Positions 1 through 11,543 are shown, numbered from the stretch's first letter. The stretch: DNA of 42,022 nt from Candidatus Woesearchaeota archaeon (GCA_046538795.1 JBKHIF010000002.1:1-42022); one strand, 5' to 3'. Made by a program: numbers and translations. Notes: generated from the sequence alone by a model not told the origin.

Positions 1-77
1 CGATTCTCTAATAAGAGTATAATCTGATTTAAGCAACATATTACAAAACAAGCATTGACAATTTTGGGGTGATTGCT

Positions 78-1256
78 ATGATAGCAAAAGAAATGATTAG
101 TGAAATTCCAGTAGGTATTGAATCTGATGAGAAATTATCCCATCTTATAGGTAGCATGAAGAAAAGAGGAATTTCAGAAGCATACATAATAGATGAAGGT
201 GATTTTGCAGGTGTTTTTTCACACACAAAACTGTTTAAGTCAAAGTTGTCTCCATCAGAAACTGATGCAGGAACATATTCAAAATCTGTGTCGTGGATCG
301 ATAAAGAACAGGAATTAAAAGATGTCGTTATCGAAATGATAGAAAGCGATTCAAATCTCCTGCCTGTTTTTGATAAGGATAATGATTTTCTTGGTGTAAT
401 AGATATTTTCTCAGTTCTCGACAAGATAAAAGATATTCCTGAAATCAAAGATTCAAGATTAATGGACTTGAAAAAAGAAAAAAAAATATCAGTAAATGAG
501 AATGAGAAAATTTCGACTGTTCTTGAGATTATGAAAGAACATAAGATAGCTGAGATCCCTGTAAAATCTGAAGGAGAATATATTGGTTTGATCTCCCACA
601 CAGATCTTCTGAGCAACTATCTTCTCATGTATGGAACAGGATCTGAAAGAAAGGCTACAATAGATTCTAAAACCAGATCATTCAGGCCAGAACCGCCAAA
701 ACTTTCTGATCTTCCTGTAACAGATTTCATGGAAAACCGGAACTTGCTGCATTATCCAATATCTGAAAAGCTTGGAAAAGTCGCAAGAGATATGGCGAAA
801 CAAAGATCTGTTATTGCAGTGGAAGAAGATACTGGAAAATTGATAAAAGCAGAAAACATACTTCTGAAATACATTAATGCCACAAAACAACTAATATCAA
901 ACATTCAGTTTGTGGGTATAAATGATCTGTATATAGAAGATAGAGAAAAAGAAAGAATAAAAAAACTTGCTCCGGAATATGCTGAAAAAATGCAAAGAGA
1001 ATTTAACAACGTATTTGATCTCACACTGCATGTGGAACAGCACCAAAAAGAGGGAAAACAGCACAGGTACGAAGCTCATGCAAGGCTCAAATATCCTGGT
1101 GTGGAAATAATAGCATCAAGAGAAGAACACTGGAATCCGGTAACTGTTGTAAGAGAAGCGCTTGAAGATATAATCTCCCAGGTAAAAAGCAGGTACAAGA
1201 AAAGCAATGCAAAAGAATACCCATCTGCAAACGAGTTCTTTGATGAGCCTGCTTAA
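78..1256 (+). CDS. CBS-domain protein (four CBS units) with C-terminal HPF/RaiA (S30AE)-like domain
   Basis: ORF 69..1256. The ATG at 78 lies 4 nt after the SD-like GGGGTGAT (66-73), and the GTG at 69 is inside that SD. Four CBS-like units are visible (GISEAYIIDEGDFAGVFSHTKL, LLPVFDKDNDFLGVIDIFSVL, IAEIPVKSEGEYIGLISHTDLL, RSVIAVEEDTGKLIKAENIL). The last ~100 aa (NIQFVGINDLYIEDRE...YEAHARLKYPGVEIIASREEHWNPVTVVREALEDIISQVKSRYKK) resemble bacterial HPF/YfiA, recalled from memory as ...EIHASAEGQDMYAAIDGLIDKLARQLTKHK. Confidence 0.7.
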   Translation: MIAKEMISEIPVGIESDEKLSHLIGSMKKRGISEAYIIDEGDFAGVFSHTKLFKSKLSPSETDAGTYSKSVSWIDKEQELKDVVIEMIESDSNLLPVFDKDNDFLGVIDIFSVLDKIKDIPEIKDSRLMDLKKEKKISVNENEKISTVLEIMKEHKIAEIPVKSEGEYIGLISHTDLLSNYLLMYGTGSERKATIDSKTRSFRPEPPKLSDLPVTDFMENRNLLHYPISEKLGKVARDMAKQRSVIAVEEDTGKLIKAENILLKYINATKQLISNIQFVGINDLYIEDREKERIKKLAPEYAEKMQREFNNVFDLTLHVEQHQKEGKQHRYEAHARLKYPGVEIIASREEHWNPVTVVREALEDIISQVKSRYKKSNAKEYPSANEFFDEPA

Positions 1257-1290
1257 AGGGAGGATATTTTTGTTATTTTTTAATTTCAGA

Positions 1291-1686
1291 TTACCAGCAC
1301 TGACAGAAGAATGCATCGTCTATACACCTGTTTCCGACGTTTCTCTCTTCACCGCAAACAGAATCACATCTTATTCTTTTGTATCTGTCTGGAAGATCCT
1401 GTTCATCTTCAATCTCTGAACAGGTTTCATTTGTATTTCTGTATTCAGGAAGGGCATTTCCAATCCTATTTACTACTGCACCACTTATCCTGCCCACAGA
1501 ACTAGTATCAAATTCTCTAAAAACATCAGAATCGCCAAAAATATAGAAAAGTCCTCCTGCAATAACCAACACTATGAGTATGTTTCTTACATTGATCTTT
1601 GAAATTATTCCAAGAACTGAATTCAATATCCCAAGAACTATAAGAACAGCGATTATTCCAAGGACCAAGACTATAGTCTCTGCCAT
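1291..1686 (-). CDS. small membrane protein with Cys-rich C-terminal tail
   Basis: 131-aa ORF with two hydrophobic helices (IVLVLGIIAVLIVLGIL, ILIVLVIAGGLFYIF) and 7 Cys in the last ~45 aa. A TATA-like ATTATAAATA (1710-1719) lies ~28 nt upstream of the ATG. Confidence 0.55.
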   Translation of the reverse strand: MAETIVLVLGIIAVLIVLGILNSVLGIISKINVRNILIVLVIAGGLFYIFGDSDVFREFDTSSVGRISGAVVNRIGNALPEYRNTNETCSEIEDEQDLPDRYKRIRCDSVCGEERNVGNRCIDDAFFCQCW

Positions 1687-1922
1687 TTCAAAAATTATTA
1701 GGTGACAAGATTATAAATATTTTTCGTTAAAAAAGGCCAGAATATACTACAGTTAATAAAAATCCAAGATATATAAGCAAATAAGTGCGCATCAATCACG
1801 CAACAACCACAATATTTATAAAGAGTGAACATCTCTTTTTTTCTAAAATAAGGGTGTTTGAGACAAGTTGAAGAAATATTAAATATCGCTCAAAATTCTC
1901 TAGATTATTGAGATACAAATAA

Positions 1923-3962
<2,040 letters not shown>

Positions 3963-4009
3963 GAATTACAGGATGGATTCCTCAAATGAATCTAAAACAG
4001 ATTAATGCT

Positions 4010-4032
4010 GTTTCTCAAAGAGAAACATTTTT
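4010..4032 (+). terminator. hairpin plus T-tract downstream of gyrB
   Basis: GTTTCTC-AAA-GAGAAAC (7-bp stem) followed by ATTTTT, 48 nt after the gyrB stop. Confidence 0.4.
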
Positions 4033-4126
4033 AAATATGTCAAATGCAGTTTGACTATTTTAAAAAAGGTTGCAGAATGCAAACTTTTTTAAATAGGCTG
4101 GATTTCCAAATACAAAATTATAGTGA

Positions 4127-4138
4127 TAATTAAATAAA
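4127..4138 (+). promoter_or_regulatory. TATA box for rps3ae (leaderless transcript)
   Basis: TAATTAAATAAA is centred ~28 nt upstream of ATG 4161, with no SD between them. Confidence 0.5.
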
Positions 4139-4160
4139 ATTAACAAAATCTTGATTAAAA

Positions 4161-4892
4161 ATGGCAACAAAAGAAAAAGCATCAACCAAACAGAAAAAGA
4201 AAAGATGGTTCCAGATAATTGCTCCTAAGCAATTTAACGAAGCAAAAGTCGGAGATACTACAGCATATGAAGCATCAAGCCTTGTAGGCAAATGTGTTAC
4301 GACAAGCCTTATGAATCTTACACGAGACATAAAGAAACAGAATTATAATGTAAGACTAAAAGTTACTGGAATAAAAGACAACAAGGCAATAACAGAGATA
4401 GATGATTATCAGATGGTGCCATCATCTATTAAAAGGATGGTTCGAAGAAGGAAAGACAGGGTTGATGATTCTTTCGTAATACTTACAAAAGATAATGTCA
4501 AGGTAAGGATAAAACCTATGATTCTTACAAGATCAAATACAAACCAGTCTGTTCTTTCATCACTAAGAAAATTCATGAAAGCATATCTTTTCAACAAGAT
4601 AAAGGATATGACTTACGGCGAATTTGTAAATCTCACAGTAAACGATGGATTCTTTAGGGAAATCAAAAGCAATATCGCAAAGATTTACCCGATAAGAACA
4701 TTTACTATAAGGGCTTTCAAGAAAGAAAATGATGCAAAAGCAAAAGTCTATAAACTTTCTGAAAATGAAAAAGCACTTCTTGAATCTGTTATGAAAGCAA
4801 AAAAGAAAGCCAAGGAAGAAGCTCTAGCAAAAGAAGATGCAAAGAATGCTCACGAAAAATCAGGATCATCTGAAAAAAAATCAGATGAATAA
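4161..4892 (+). CDS. rps3ae: 30S ribosomal protein S3Ae (eS1)
   Basis: 243-aa ORF. The N-terminus KKKRWFQIIAPKQFNEAKVGDTTA and overall pattern are typical of archaeal S3Ae. It has a Lys/Glu-rich C-terminal tail. Confidence 0.9.
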   Translation: MATKEKASTKQKKKRWFQIIAPKQFNEAKVGDTTAYEASSLVGKCVTTSLMNLTRDIKKQNYNVRLKVTGIKDNKAITEIDDYQMVPSSIKRMVRRRKDRVDDSFVILTKDNVKVRIKPMILTRSNTNQSVLSSLRKFMKAYLFNKIKDMTYGEFVNLTVNDGFFREIKSNIAKIYPIRTFTIRAFKKENDAKAKVYKLSENEKALLESVMKAKKKAKEEALAKEDAKNAHEKSGSSEKKSDE

Positions 4893-5011
4893 TTTTTTTC
4901 ATATTTTAATCAAATTCTAGTAAAATATAATTTTCTCGACGTATTATTAGAAAAATATATAAATAATCTCCTCTTATGAAATTAGTATCAATATCCAGAG
5001 GGGTGTTTTAT

Positions 5012-5242
5012 ATGGCTGAGAAAGTACATGTGGCTGGAGTCCAGAAAGAACCTGGTTTCCTATATTTCATTGACAAGGATGGCGATGTCTCAAGAGCAAA
5101 GATGGCAAGAGGCGGAGCTAAAGGACAAAAAAATGCAACAGAAAAGGTTGTAAAGGCTAATGTTGCAAAAGAGTCCGGTTATCTATATTTCCTTGACAAG
5201 GATGGCGATGTCTCAAGAGCTATCATGTCCAGAGGAAGGTAA
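5012..5242 (+). CDS. small basic protein made of two tandem ~33-aa repeats, unknown function
   Basis: ATG 5012 is preceded by the SD-like GAGGGGTG (4998-5005); the ORF-track start at 4976 is probably too long. Repeats are EPGFLYFIDKDGDVSRAKMARG and ESGYLYFLDKDGDVSRAIMSRG. An exact 28-nt DNA block ttgacaaggatggcgatgtctcaagagc occurs at 5070-5097 and 5193-5220. Confidence 0.7.
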   Translation: MAEKVHVAGVQKEPGFLYFIDKDGDVSRAKMARGGAKGQKNATEKVVKANVAKESGYLYFLDKDGDVSRAIMSRGR

Positions 5243-5244
5243 GA

Positions 5245-5265
5245 TTTGTTTTTTTTTCTTTTCTT
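5245..5265 (+). terminator. oligo-T terminator
   Basis: TTTGTTTTTTTTTCTTTTCTT begins 3 nt after the stop at 5242. Archaeal termination uses oligo-T tracts. Confidence 0.55.
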
Positions 5266-5273
5266 ATTGATTA

Positions 5274-5283
5274 AATTTTTATA
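5274..5283 (+). promoter_or_regulatory. TATA box for bud32
   Basis: AATTTTTATA is centred ~28 nt upstream of ATG 5307. Confidence 0.45.
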
Positions 5284-5306
5284 CAATCACAACTTTAACT
5301 TGTTCT

Positions 5307-5909
5307 ATGGATAGTATTATTTCATCAGGAGCTGAAGCAGTTATCTACAAAAAAGACAATTCTATCTTGAAAAAACGGGTTTCAAAGAGCTATCGAATAT
5401 CTGAAATCGATATTCCAATAAGAAAATACAGGACAAGAAAAGAAGCAAAACTACTTGAAAAATTAAAAGACATAATCCCTGTTCCGGGCGTCATTAATTC
5501 TGATGATACTGATATGATTATTGAAATGGAGCACATTTCAGGTAAAAAGATAAGAGATATACTTGACAAAAATAATTACCTCAAAATTTCTAAAATTATA
5601 GGGAAACAGATTGCTCTTATGCATGATAAAGATATTATCCACGGAGATCTGACAACATCTAATTTTATCTTGTCTGATAAAAATATTTATTTTGTCGATT
5701 TCGGACTTGGTTTTGTTTCAAAAAAATCAGAAGACAAAGCAGTTGATCTCCATCTGTTGAGACAGGCACTTGAAAGCAAGCATCATGTAATATGGAAAAG
5801 ATCTTTTTCAACAATATTAAAAGAATATGAAAAAAATTATCCTGATTCTAAAGATATTCTAAAAAGACTTGAAAAGGTCGAAGAGAGAGGAAGGAATAAA
5901 AGAAAATAA
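5307..5909 (+). CDS. bud32: Kae1-associated kinase Bud32 (KEOPS subunit), stand-alone
   Basis: 200-aa atypical small kinase with motifs GAEAVIYK, catalytic HGDLTTSNFIL, YFVDFGLG and C-terminal VEERGRNKR. It is not fused to kae1. Confidence 0.88.
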   Translation: MDSIISSGAEAVIYKKDNSILKKRVSKSYRISEIDIPIRKYRTRKEAKLLEKLKDIIPVPGVINSDDTDMIIEMEHISGKKIRDILDKNNYLKISKIIGKQIALMHDKDIIHGDLTTSNFILSDKNIYFVDFGLGFVSKKSEDKAVDLHLLRQALESKHHVIWKRSFSTILKEYEKNYPDSKDILKRLEKVEERGRNKRK

Positions 5910-5911
5910 GT

Positions 5912-6802
5912 TTATTTGGTTGTAATAATGGCCTTATCTTCTTCCATGAGAACTGAATGCTCGTGCTGTGATACAAATCCATTATTCCTGTCAGAAAGAG
6001 GAGGATACATCCTTACTGAATCAATATTCATGAGTTCACGCAAAGCAAAATTGACTCTGGGTTTTCCAAACTTGTTAGCAAGCCATCTTCCGCAAAAAGG
6101 AAGCCCATTGTATTTTCTTATCTCTGAAAGAACATTTCTTGTAATTGGGCTTCTCACAGGTTTTATCTGTTCAAGACCAAAAACCTCTGCATCATGGCCC
6201 TCTACAACATAACCTGCGCCCGCTGATGCAAATGGTTCTATTGCAAACGTAGTTCCGGGTTCGATCCTGAAAGTATCTCCTGAATAAAAGTTCGGGATAG
6301 AAGGTTTAGTATGTATCTGAAATTTGCCAAGACCGTGTCCTGAAAGATTATTAACTGGAGAAAAACCATACCCGGTTATTGTTTTTTCAATCTCTTTCCC
6401 AATAATACCATTTTCAATCCCGGGTTCAAGCATCTTTACAGCATTATTAAGAGCTTCTTTTGATGCATTTAAAAGAGATTCATTTCTGCCAAGATCAACA
6501 GTAATTGCAGTATCTCCTATCATGCCGTTTATATGCACTCCAACATCAAGTTTTACAAGATCACCTTTTTCAAACTTCATAGGATCATCTTTTCCAGCAC
6601 AATAGTGCGCTGCTATCTGGTTTCTTGAAAGCTGTGCGGGAAACGCCATCTGACCGCCATTTTCAATAATGAACTCTTCAACTGCATCTGTAACTTCTTC
6701 TAAAGATGCATCTACTTTTATGAGTTTTGCACCATAATCTCTTGCTCTACCTGCAAGTTTTCCTGCAGCAAGAAAATCATCATAATCTTTGTCATTAAGC
6801 AT
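5912..6802 (-). CDS. map: methionine aminopeptidase, type 2 (archaeal)
   Basis: 296-aa ORF with pita-bread fold motifs (AHYCAG, LVKLDVGVHINGMIGDTAITV, NLSGHGLG, FAIEPFAS, SQHEHSVL) and an inserted helical subdomain typical of type 2. Confidence 0.92.
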   Translation of the reverse strand: MLNDKDYDDFLAAGKLAGRARDYGAKLIKVDASLEEVTDAVEEFIIENGGQMAFPAQLSRNQIAAHYCAGKDDPMKFEKGDLVKLDVGVHINGMIGDTAITVDLGRNESLLNASKEALNNAVKMLEPGIENGIIGKEIEKTITGYGFSPVNNLSGHGLGKFQIHTKPSIPNFYSGDTFRIEPGTTFAIEPFASAGAGYVVEGHDAEVFGLEQIKPVRSPITRNVLSEIRKYNGLPFCGRWLANKFGKPRVNFALRELMNIDSVRMYPPLSDRNNGFVSQHEHSVLMEEDKAIITTK

Positions 6803-6928
6803 GATCTTAAGAAATAGAGTTTAATTATTTAAAATTATGGTTCTGCCCGTTAATTTAGATCCAAATAGGATATAATCATACTCCAGTTCCACCAAAAATA
6901 TAAAAACCCCTTTCTCTCTAAAAATCAT

Positions 6929-7987
6929 ATGATTACCGAAGGAAAGGCAAAAATTGATATTGATGATTCCACATTGATCTCAAAAAAGCTTTCTGTATTC
7001 TATAATCCGCTTATGAAACTTAACAGAGATTTATCTATTGAAATTATCAAAAATTATGCAAGCAAAAAAAAGCCCTTAAGGGTTGCCCTTCCATTATCCG
7101 GTTCAGGAATAAGAGGAATAAGGTTCCTGTTAGAATGCCCTAAGTATGTAAAACATGTTTCATTTAATGATCTTGACAAGGAATCTGTAAGAAAGATAAT
7201 GGATAATATTATACTTAACAAGATAAATAATTATGAGTTATTTACATGTTTTAAGGAAGAAGCGCAAAGTTTCCTTCTTGAAAGCAAGGGTTTTGATTAT
7301 ATTGATATTGATCCTTATGGAACACCAAATCCATTCCTTGATTCTTCATGCCAGCGCATATCACGAAATGGTATATTAGCAATAACTGCAACAGACACAG
7401 CACCTCTCTCTGGCACATATCCAAAGGTTTGCATGCGTAATTATGACTCAACCCCTCTAAGAAATGACTTAAAACACATTATTGGGTTAAGGATACTCAT
7501 AAGAAAAGTTCAACTTGTCGGGGCACAGTATGAAAAAGCACTTTATCCAATATTTTCTTATTCAAAACACCACTATTTCAGGATATTTTTCAAGGCTGTA
7601 AAATCAAAAGAAAAATGCAATGAAATAATTTCAGATCACAAATATTTAATTTATGACAAAAAAACATGTGGTTACAATTACTCTTACAAAAACTGCACAG
7701 ATGATAAAAACTGTGTTGTTGCCGGAAAGATGTATTCTGGAAATCTTTGGGATAAAACCCTTGCATCAAAGATAGATCTTATCAAAGAGATTCCTGAAGA
7801 ATCTTCTTTTGACGGAAAATATTATCATGTACACAGGCTTGCAAGCCTTAAGAAAAATTCAGTACCGCAGTTCAAAAGACTCATTTCAAAGATCAACGAA
7901 AAAGGAAAAAGGGCCTGCAGGACTCATTTTTCTAAAGAGATGATAAAGACAGATATAGAGATTGATGATCTGATTGAACTGATCTAA
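6929..7987 (+). CDS. trm1: tRNA (guanine(26)-N2)-dimethyltransferase
   Basis: 352-aa ORF with EGKAKI...VFYNPLMKLNRDLS, IDIDPYGTPNPFLDS and AITATDTAPLSG, as in Trm1. TATA-like AAAATATAAAAA lies ~28 nt upstream. Confidence 0.88.
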   Translation: MITEGKAKIDIDDSTLISKKLSVFYNPLMKLNRDLSIEIIKNYASKKKPLRVALPLSGSGIRGIRFLLECPKYVKHVSFNDLDKESVRKIMDNIILNKINNYELFTCFKEEAQSFLLESKGFDYIDIDPYGTPNPFLDSSCQRISRNGILAITATDTAPLSGTYPKVCMRNYDSTPLRNDLKHIIGLRILIRKVQLVGAQYEKALYPIFSYSKHHYFRIFFKAVKSKEKCNEIISDHKYLIYDKKTCGYNYSYKNCTDDKNCVVAGKMYSGNLWDKTLASKIDLIKEIPEESSFDGKYYHVHRLASLKKNSVPQFKRLISKINEKGKRACRTHFSKEMIKTDIEIDDLIELI

Positions 7988-8116
7988 TCAGATTACACAA
8001 AAATAACATCAACCGCATTACTTTTTTGTTTCTGAAGATATTGAAAAGACAAGATTTAATATAGATTTATTTTTTTAGTTATATTGTAGTTATTCAAATA
8101 AACGAGGGGTGATATT

Positions 8117-8548
8117 GTGACAAATACAGGCAACAAAAGTTTTGATTTGACTGTGCAAAAAACAAACGAGTGGCTCAACAACATCAAGGAAGAACTTCAA
8201 TGGGAAAGTAAAGATGATGTTTATATCGCAACAAAAGCAGTTCTTCAGACATTAAGAGACAGACTTCCTATAGACGAAGCCATTCATCTGGCAGAACAGC
8301 TGCCCATGCTTATGAAAGGTATGTATTATGAAGGCTATAAGCCACGAGGAAAACCTGAAAAGATGTCAGAAAATGGATTCTACAGGACAATTAATGATAG
8401 AATTGTGAATAAAGAAATTGATCCTGAAAGTGCAGCAAAAGCGATCATAAAGATAATATATCTAAAGATTGGAAAAGGAGAATTTGATGATATAAAGTCA
8501 AACATGCCTTCAGATATCCAGACAATGATTGCAGAGGCGGGTGTATAG
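8117..8548 (+). CDS. DUF2267-family protein
   Basis: 143-aa ORF with a GTG start 3 nt after the SD GGGGTGAT (8106-8113). The pattern WLNNIKEEL...AVLQTLRDRLPIDEAIHLAEQLPMLMKGMYYEGYKP matches my recollection of DUF2267. Confidence 0.6.
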   Translation: MTNTGNKSFDLTVQKTNEWLNNIKEELQWESKDDVYIATKAVLQTLRDRLPIDEAIHLAEQLPMLMKGMYYEGYKPRGKPEKMSENGFYRTINDRIVNKEIDPESAAKAIIKIIYLKIGKGEFDDIKSNMPSDIQTMIAEAGV

Positions 8549-8572
8549 TAATATTAAGACAAAAAGTAAAGG

Positions 8573-9337
8573 ATGATTATGATGGAATCTGAAGACAAAA
8601 AAAGAGAAACAGTTAACAATTTAGATTTTGATGGAGTGAAAGAAGAGTCTGAATATAATAAATATAACAAAAATATGGGAAATCTAATCTTTGACATCAG
8701 GTCTTATATAGAACGATTTGTAGATGGGCCTGAGGACATGGTTGAATTGCAAAGGATACTAAATGCGATTGAAAAAGTAGATCGAAAACATTATGTTGGA
8801 AATAACCCTTACTCTTATATCGACTCTGCTCTTCCTATAGGAGATTCTCAGACAATCTCTCAACCATCTACTGTTGCACGCATGATACAACTTGCAGAAA
8901 TCAGGTCAGGAGAAGACATATTGGAAGTGGGTTCAGGCTCTGGCTGGAATGCCTCTATAATGGCATTTCTTGCATATCCGGGAACAGTATTAAGTATAGA
9001 CAGGGTAGAAAGCCTTGTAAAAAAAGCATGGAATAATTCCAAGGAAGCAATGGAAAAAGAAGGTATTTCTTTTGAAAATCTTAATTTTAAGAAAAAGAAT
9101 CTCTTTGATCTGATTGAAGAAAAAAATCTTACTGTTGATACAATCATGATTACCGCAGGTATCATGCCAGGCCAGGAAACTATCCTGGAAAAGATGGCAG
9201 TCAATCTTCTAAAAGACCAGGGAAAGATAATTTGCCCATACCAAAACGGGCCAATACTCATCATAACAAAGGACAGACATAACATCAAGACAGAATATAC
9301 AGATGAGCAATATTCTTTTGTTCCGCTTCTTGAATAA
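8573..9337 (+). CDS. pcm: protein-L-isoaspartate O-methyltransferase with N-terminal extension
   Basis: Motifs QTISQPSTVARMIQL and SAM-binding ILEVGSGSGWNASIMA. About 50 extra N-terminal aa. It starts 24 nt after the DUF2267 gene, so the two are a likely operon. Confidence 0.85.
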   Translation: MIMMESEDKKRETVNNLDFDGVKEESEYNKYNKNMGNLIFDIRSYIERFVDGPEDMVELQRILNAIEKVDRKHYVGNNPYSYIDSALPIGDSQTISQPSTVARMIQLAEIRSGEDILEVGSGSGWNASIMAFLAYPGTVLSIDRVESLVKKAWNNSKEAMEKEGISFENLNFKKKNLFDLIEEKNLTVDTIMITAGIMPGQETILEKMAVNLLKDQGKIICPYQNGPILIITKDRHNIKTEYTDEQYSFVPLLE

Positions 9338-9395
9338 TCTGAATTCTAAATGAAAAATAATATATAGCAGTGAAAGATAAGCATTATAAAAGCTG

Positions 9396-10451
9396 GTGCT
9401 GATGGATTTAAACGAAATATTAAACCTGAATTTTCTCGGAAATGAAGTACAACTATGGCTTATAGCCATAGGAACCTTCTTTGCAATACTTATAACCATG
9501 CGATTGTTTGAGACATTTGTAACAAAGAAACTAAAGGTAATTGCAGACAAATCATCAAATAAGATTGATGATATCGCAGTTCATGTAATAGAAGATATCG
9601 GATGGCCGTTCCATATTTTTGTCCCCCTCTACTTTTCTCTCAGGCTTATATCTATACAAGATACTGCAATGAGATGGATCAACTATATTTTCATAATAAT
9701 AATGACATACTATGCTGCAAAAACAGTCAACAGGCTGATAGGGGGCATAATAAAATACTACAAGAAAAAAGATCAGGAAGACAATGATTCGATAGTGGAT
9801 TTTCTTTCAAAACTTATCAAAGGCGTTATCTGGATTATAGCATTCATGCTCATACTTTCTAATCTTGGAGTAAATATAACATCGCTTATTGCAGGACTAG
9901 GGATAGGTGGTGTTGCAGTTGCTCTTGCTCTTCAAAACATATTAGGAGATCTTTTCTCTTCAATCTCAATATATTTCGACAAACCATTCAAGCCAGGAGA
10001 TTTCATAATTGTTGGTCAAGATATGGGTGTTGTAAAAAAAATAGGTCTTAAGACAACAAGACTTGTAAGTCTATGGGGTCAGGAAATTGTTATCTCAAAC
10101 AATGAACTTACTTCAACAAGGATAAATAATTACAAGAAGATGGAGAAAAGAAGGATACACTTCCACATAGGTGTTACTTACCAAACTCCTGTAAAAAAGC
10201 TAAAGAAAATACCTGAAATCGTGAAAGATCTTTTTGAAAAAACTGACAAGGCTGATCTTGACAGAGTTCATTTCAAAGAATTTGCAAACTCAAGCCTTGT
10301 TTATGAGATTGCATATTACGTGAACTCTCCTGATTATAATGAATATATGAATATCCAGCAAAATGTGAATCTTGGTCTTGTTGAAAGGTTCCAAAAAGAA
10401 AAGATTGATTTTGCATATCCTACACAGACCATATTTCTTAATAAGCAATAA
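9396..10451 (+). CDS. mechanosensitive ion channel, MscS family
   Basis: 351-aa ORF with N-terminal TM helices, a pore-lining helix LIAGLGIGGVAVALALQNILGDLFSS and the beta-domain PFKPGDFIIVGQDMGVVKKIGLKTTRL. Confidence 0.88.
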   Translation: MLMDLNEILNLNFLGNEVQLWLIAIGTFFAILITMRLFETFVTKKLKVIADKSSNKIDDIAVHVIEDIGWPFHIFVPLYFSLRLISIQDTAMRWINYIFIIIMTYYAAKTVNRLIGGIIKYYKKKDQEDNDSIVDFLSKLIKGVIWIIAFMLILSNLGVNITSLIAGLGIGGVAVALALQNILGDLFSSISIYFDKPFKPGDFIIVGQDMGVVKKIGLKTTRLVSLWGQEIVISNNELTSTRINNYKKMEKRRIHFHIGVTYQTPVKKLKKIPEIVKDLFEKTDKADLDRVHFKEFANSSLVYEIAYYVNSPDYNEYMNIQQNVNLGLVERFQKEKIDFAYPTQTIFLNKQ

Positions 10452-10563
10452 GTCAACCACAATGTTTTTCTTCCATTTGCAAATAATATGCGAATTGTTT
10501 TTGTTTTAGGCAATATCTGATTATGAGGTTATAAAAAAGAGCAATAGAGACTTTATTTAAAGT

Positions 10564-11421
10564 GTGGAGGTGGTCAAAATAGATAATATTAAACTTAAGA
10601 CAGGAATAGATATGCCTGTGTTCGGACTTGGAACATGGCAGCTTACAGGAGATAATTGCACAGATATCGTAACAAGGGCGCTTGCTCTTGGATATAGACA
10701 TATAGATACTGCAGAGATGTATGGGAATGAAAGTGAAGTTGGCGAAGGTATCAGGTCAAGTGGAATACCACGAAGAGAGCTTTTTGTAACTTCAAAAGTA
10801 CAGCCTGCAAACCTGTCTTATGATTCTCTTATCCAGGCATGTAATGATTCACTTGAGAGATTAGATACAGATTATCTTGATCTCTATCTAATACACTGGC
10901 CTAACAAGAATGCAGATATGGATGAAGTATTTAGGGGTTTTAAAGAACTCATAGATTCCGGAAAGATAAAAGCAATGGGTGTAAGCAACTTTACGCGAAA
11001 ACACATACTTGATGCAATGCCCATCTCAAGAAAATATGGTGTTCCGATAACAGTAAACCAGGTAGAGTATCATCCGTTCCTGAATCAGGAAGAATTACTA
11101 GATTTTTCAAAAGAAAAAGAGATTGTCATAACTGCATACTCTCCGCTTGCAAGAGGCGATGTGCTTAGGAACGATATTATACAAAAGATTGGAAGTAAAT
11201 ATGATAAGTCGCCTGCACAGGTAACTTTAAAATGGCTCATGCAAAAAGGTATGATCGTGATACCAAAAGCAAGTTCATTTGAACACATGAAAGAAAACTA
11301 CGAGATAACAGACTTTGAGCTATCAGAAGAGGATATGTCCAGACTGGATAACCTCTCTGAAAACAAGAGAAAAGTTACTCCGGGATGGCATGAATTTGAT
11401 TATGACCTTGGAACTGCATAA
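10564..11421 (+). CDS. aldo/keto reductase (DkgA/YvgN-like)
   Basis: Motifs MPVFGLGTW, GYRHIDTAEMYGNE, LDLYLIHWP, AYSPLARG and IPKASS. The exact start is uncertain: GTG 10564/10570 overlap an SD-like GGAGGTG. Confidence 0.88.
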   Translation: MEVVKIDNIKLKTGIDMPVFGLGTWQLTGDNCTDIVTRALALGYRHIDTAEMYGNESEVGEGIRSSGIPRRELFVTSKVQPANLSYDSLIQACNDSLERLDTDYLDLYLIHWPNKNADMDEVFRGFKELIDSGKIKAMGVSNFTRKHILDAMPISRKYGVPITVNQVEYHPFLNQEELLDFSKEKEIVITAYSPLARGDVLRNDIIQKIGSKYDKSPAQVTLKWLMQKGMIVIPKASSFEHMKENYEITDFELSEEDMSRLDNLSENKRKVTPGWHEFDYDLGTA

Positions 11422-11543
11422 ATATTATCATCTAAACATAAAATAGGTGCTTGGCATGGAAAAATCATATAAAGTCGGAAAAATATCACGAATAAAGGAT
11501 ATATATACAAATCGATACTGATAATCCATTACTTATAGCAGAT

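Noticed and set aside
11455-11520. 21-codon ORF (MEKSYKVGKISRIKDIYTNRY) as an N-terminal fragment of the DUF2238-like gene, i.e. an additional frameshift
   Set aside because: It is too short and not hydrophobic. The GTG at 11544 already gives a plausible start, so no frameshift can be supported from sequence alone.
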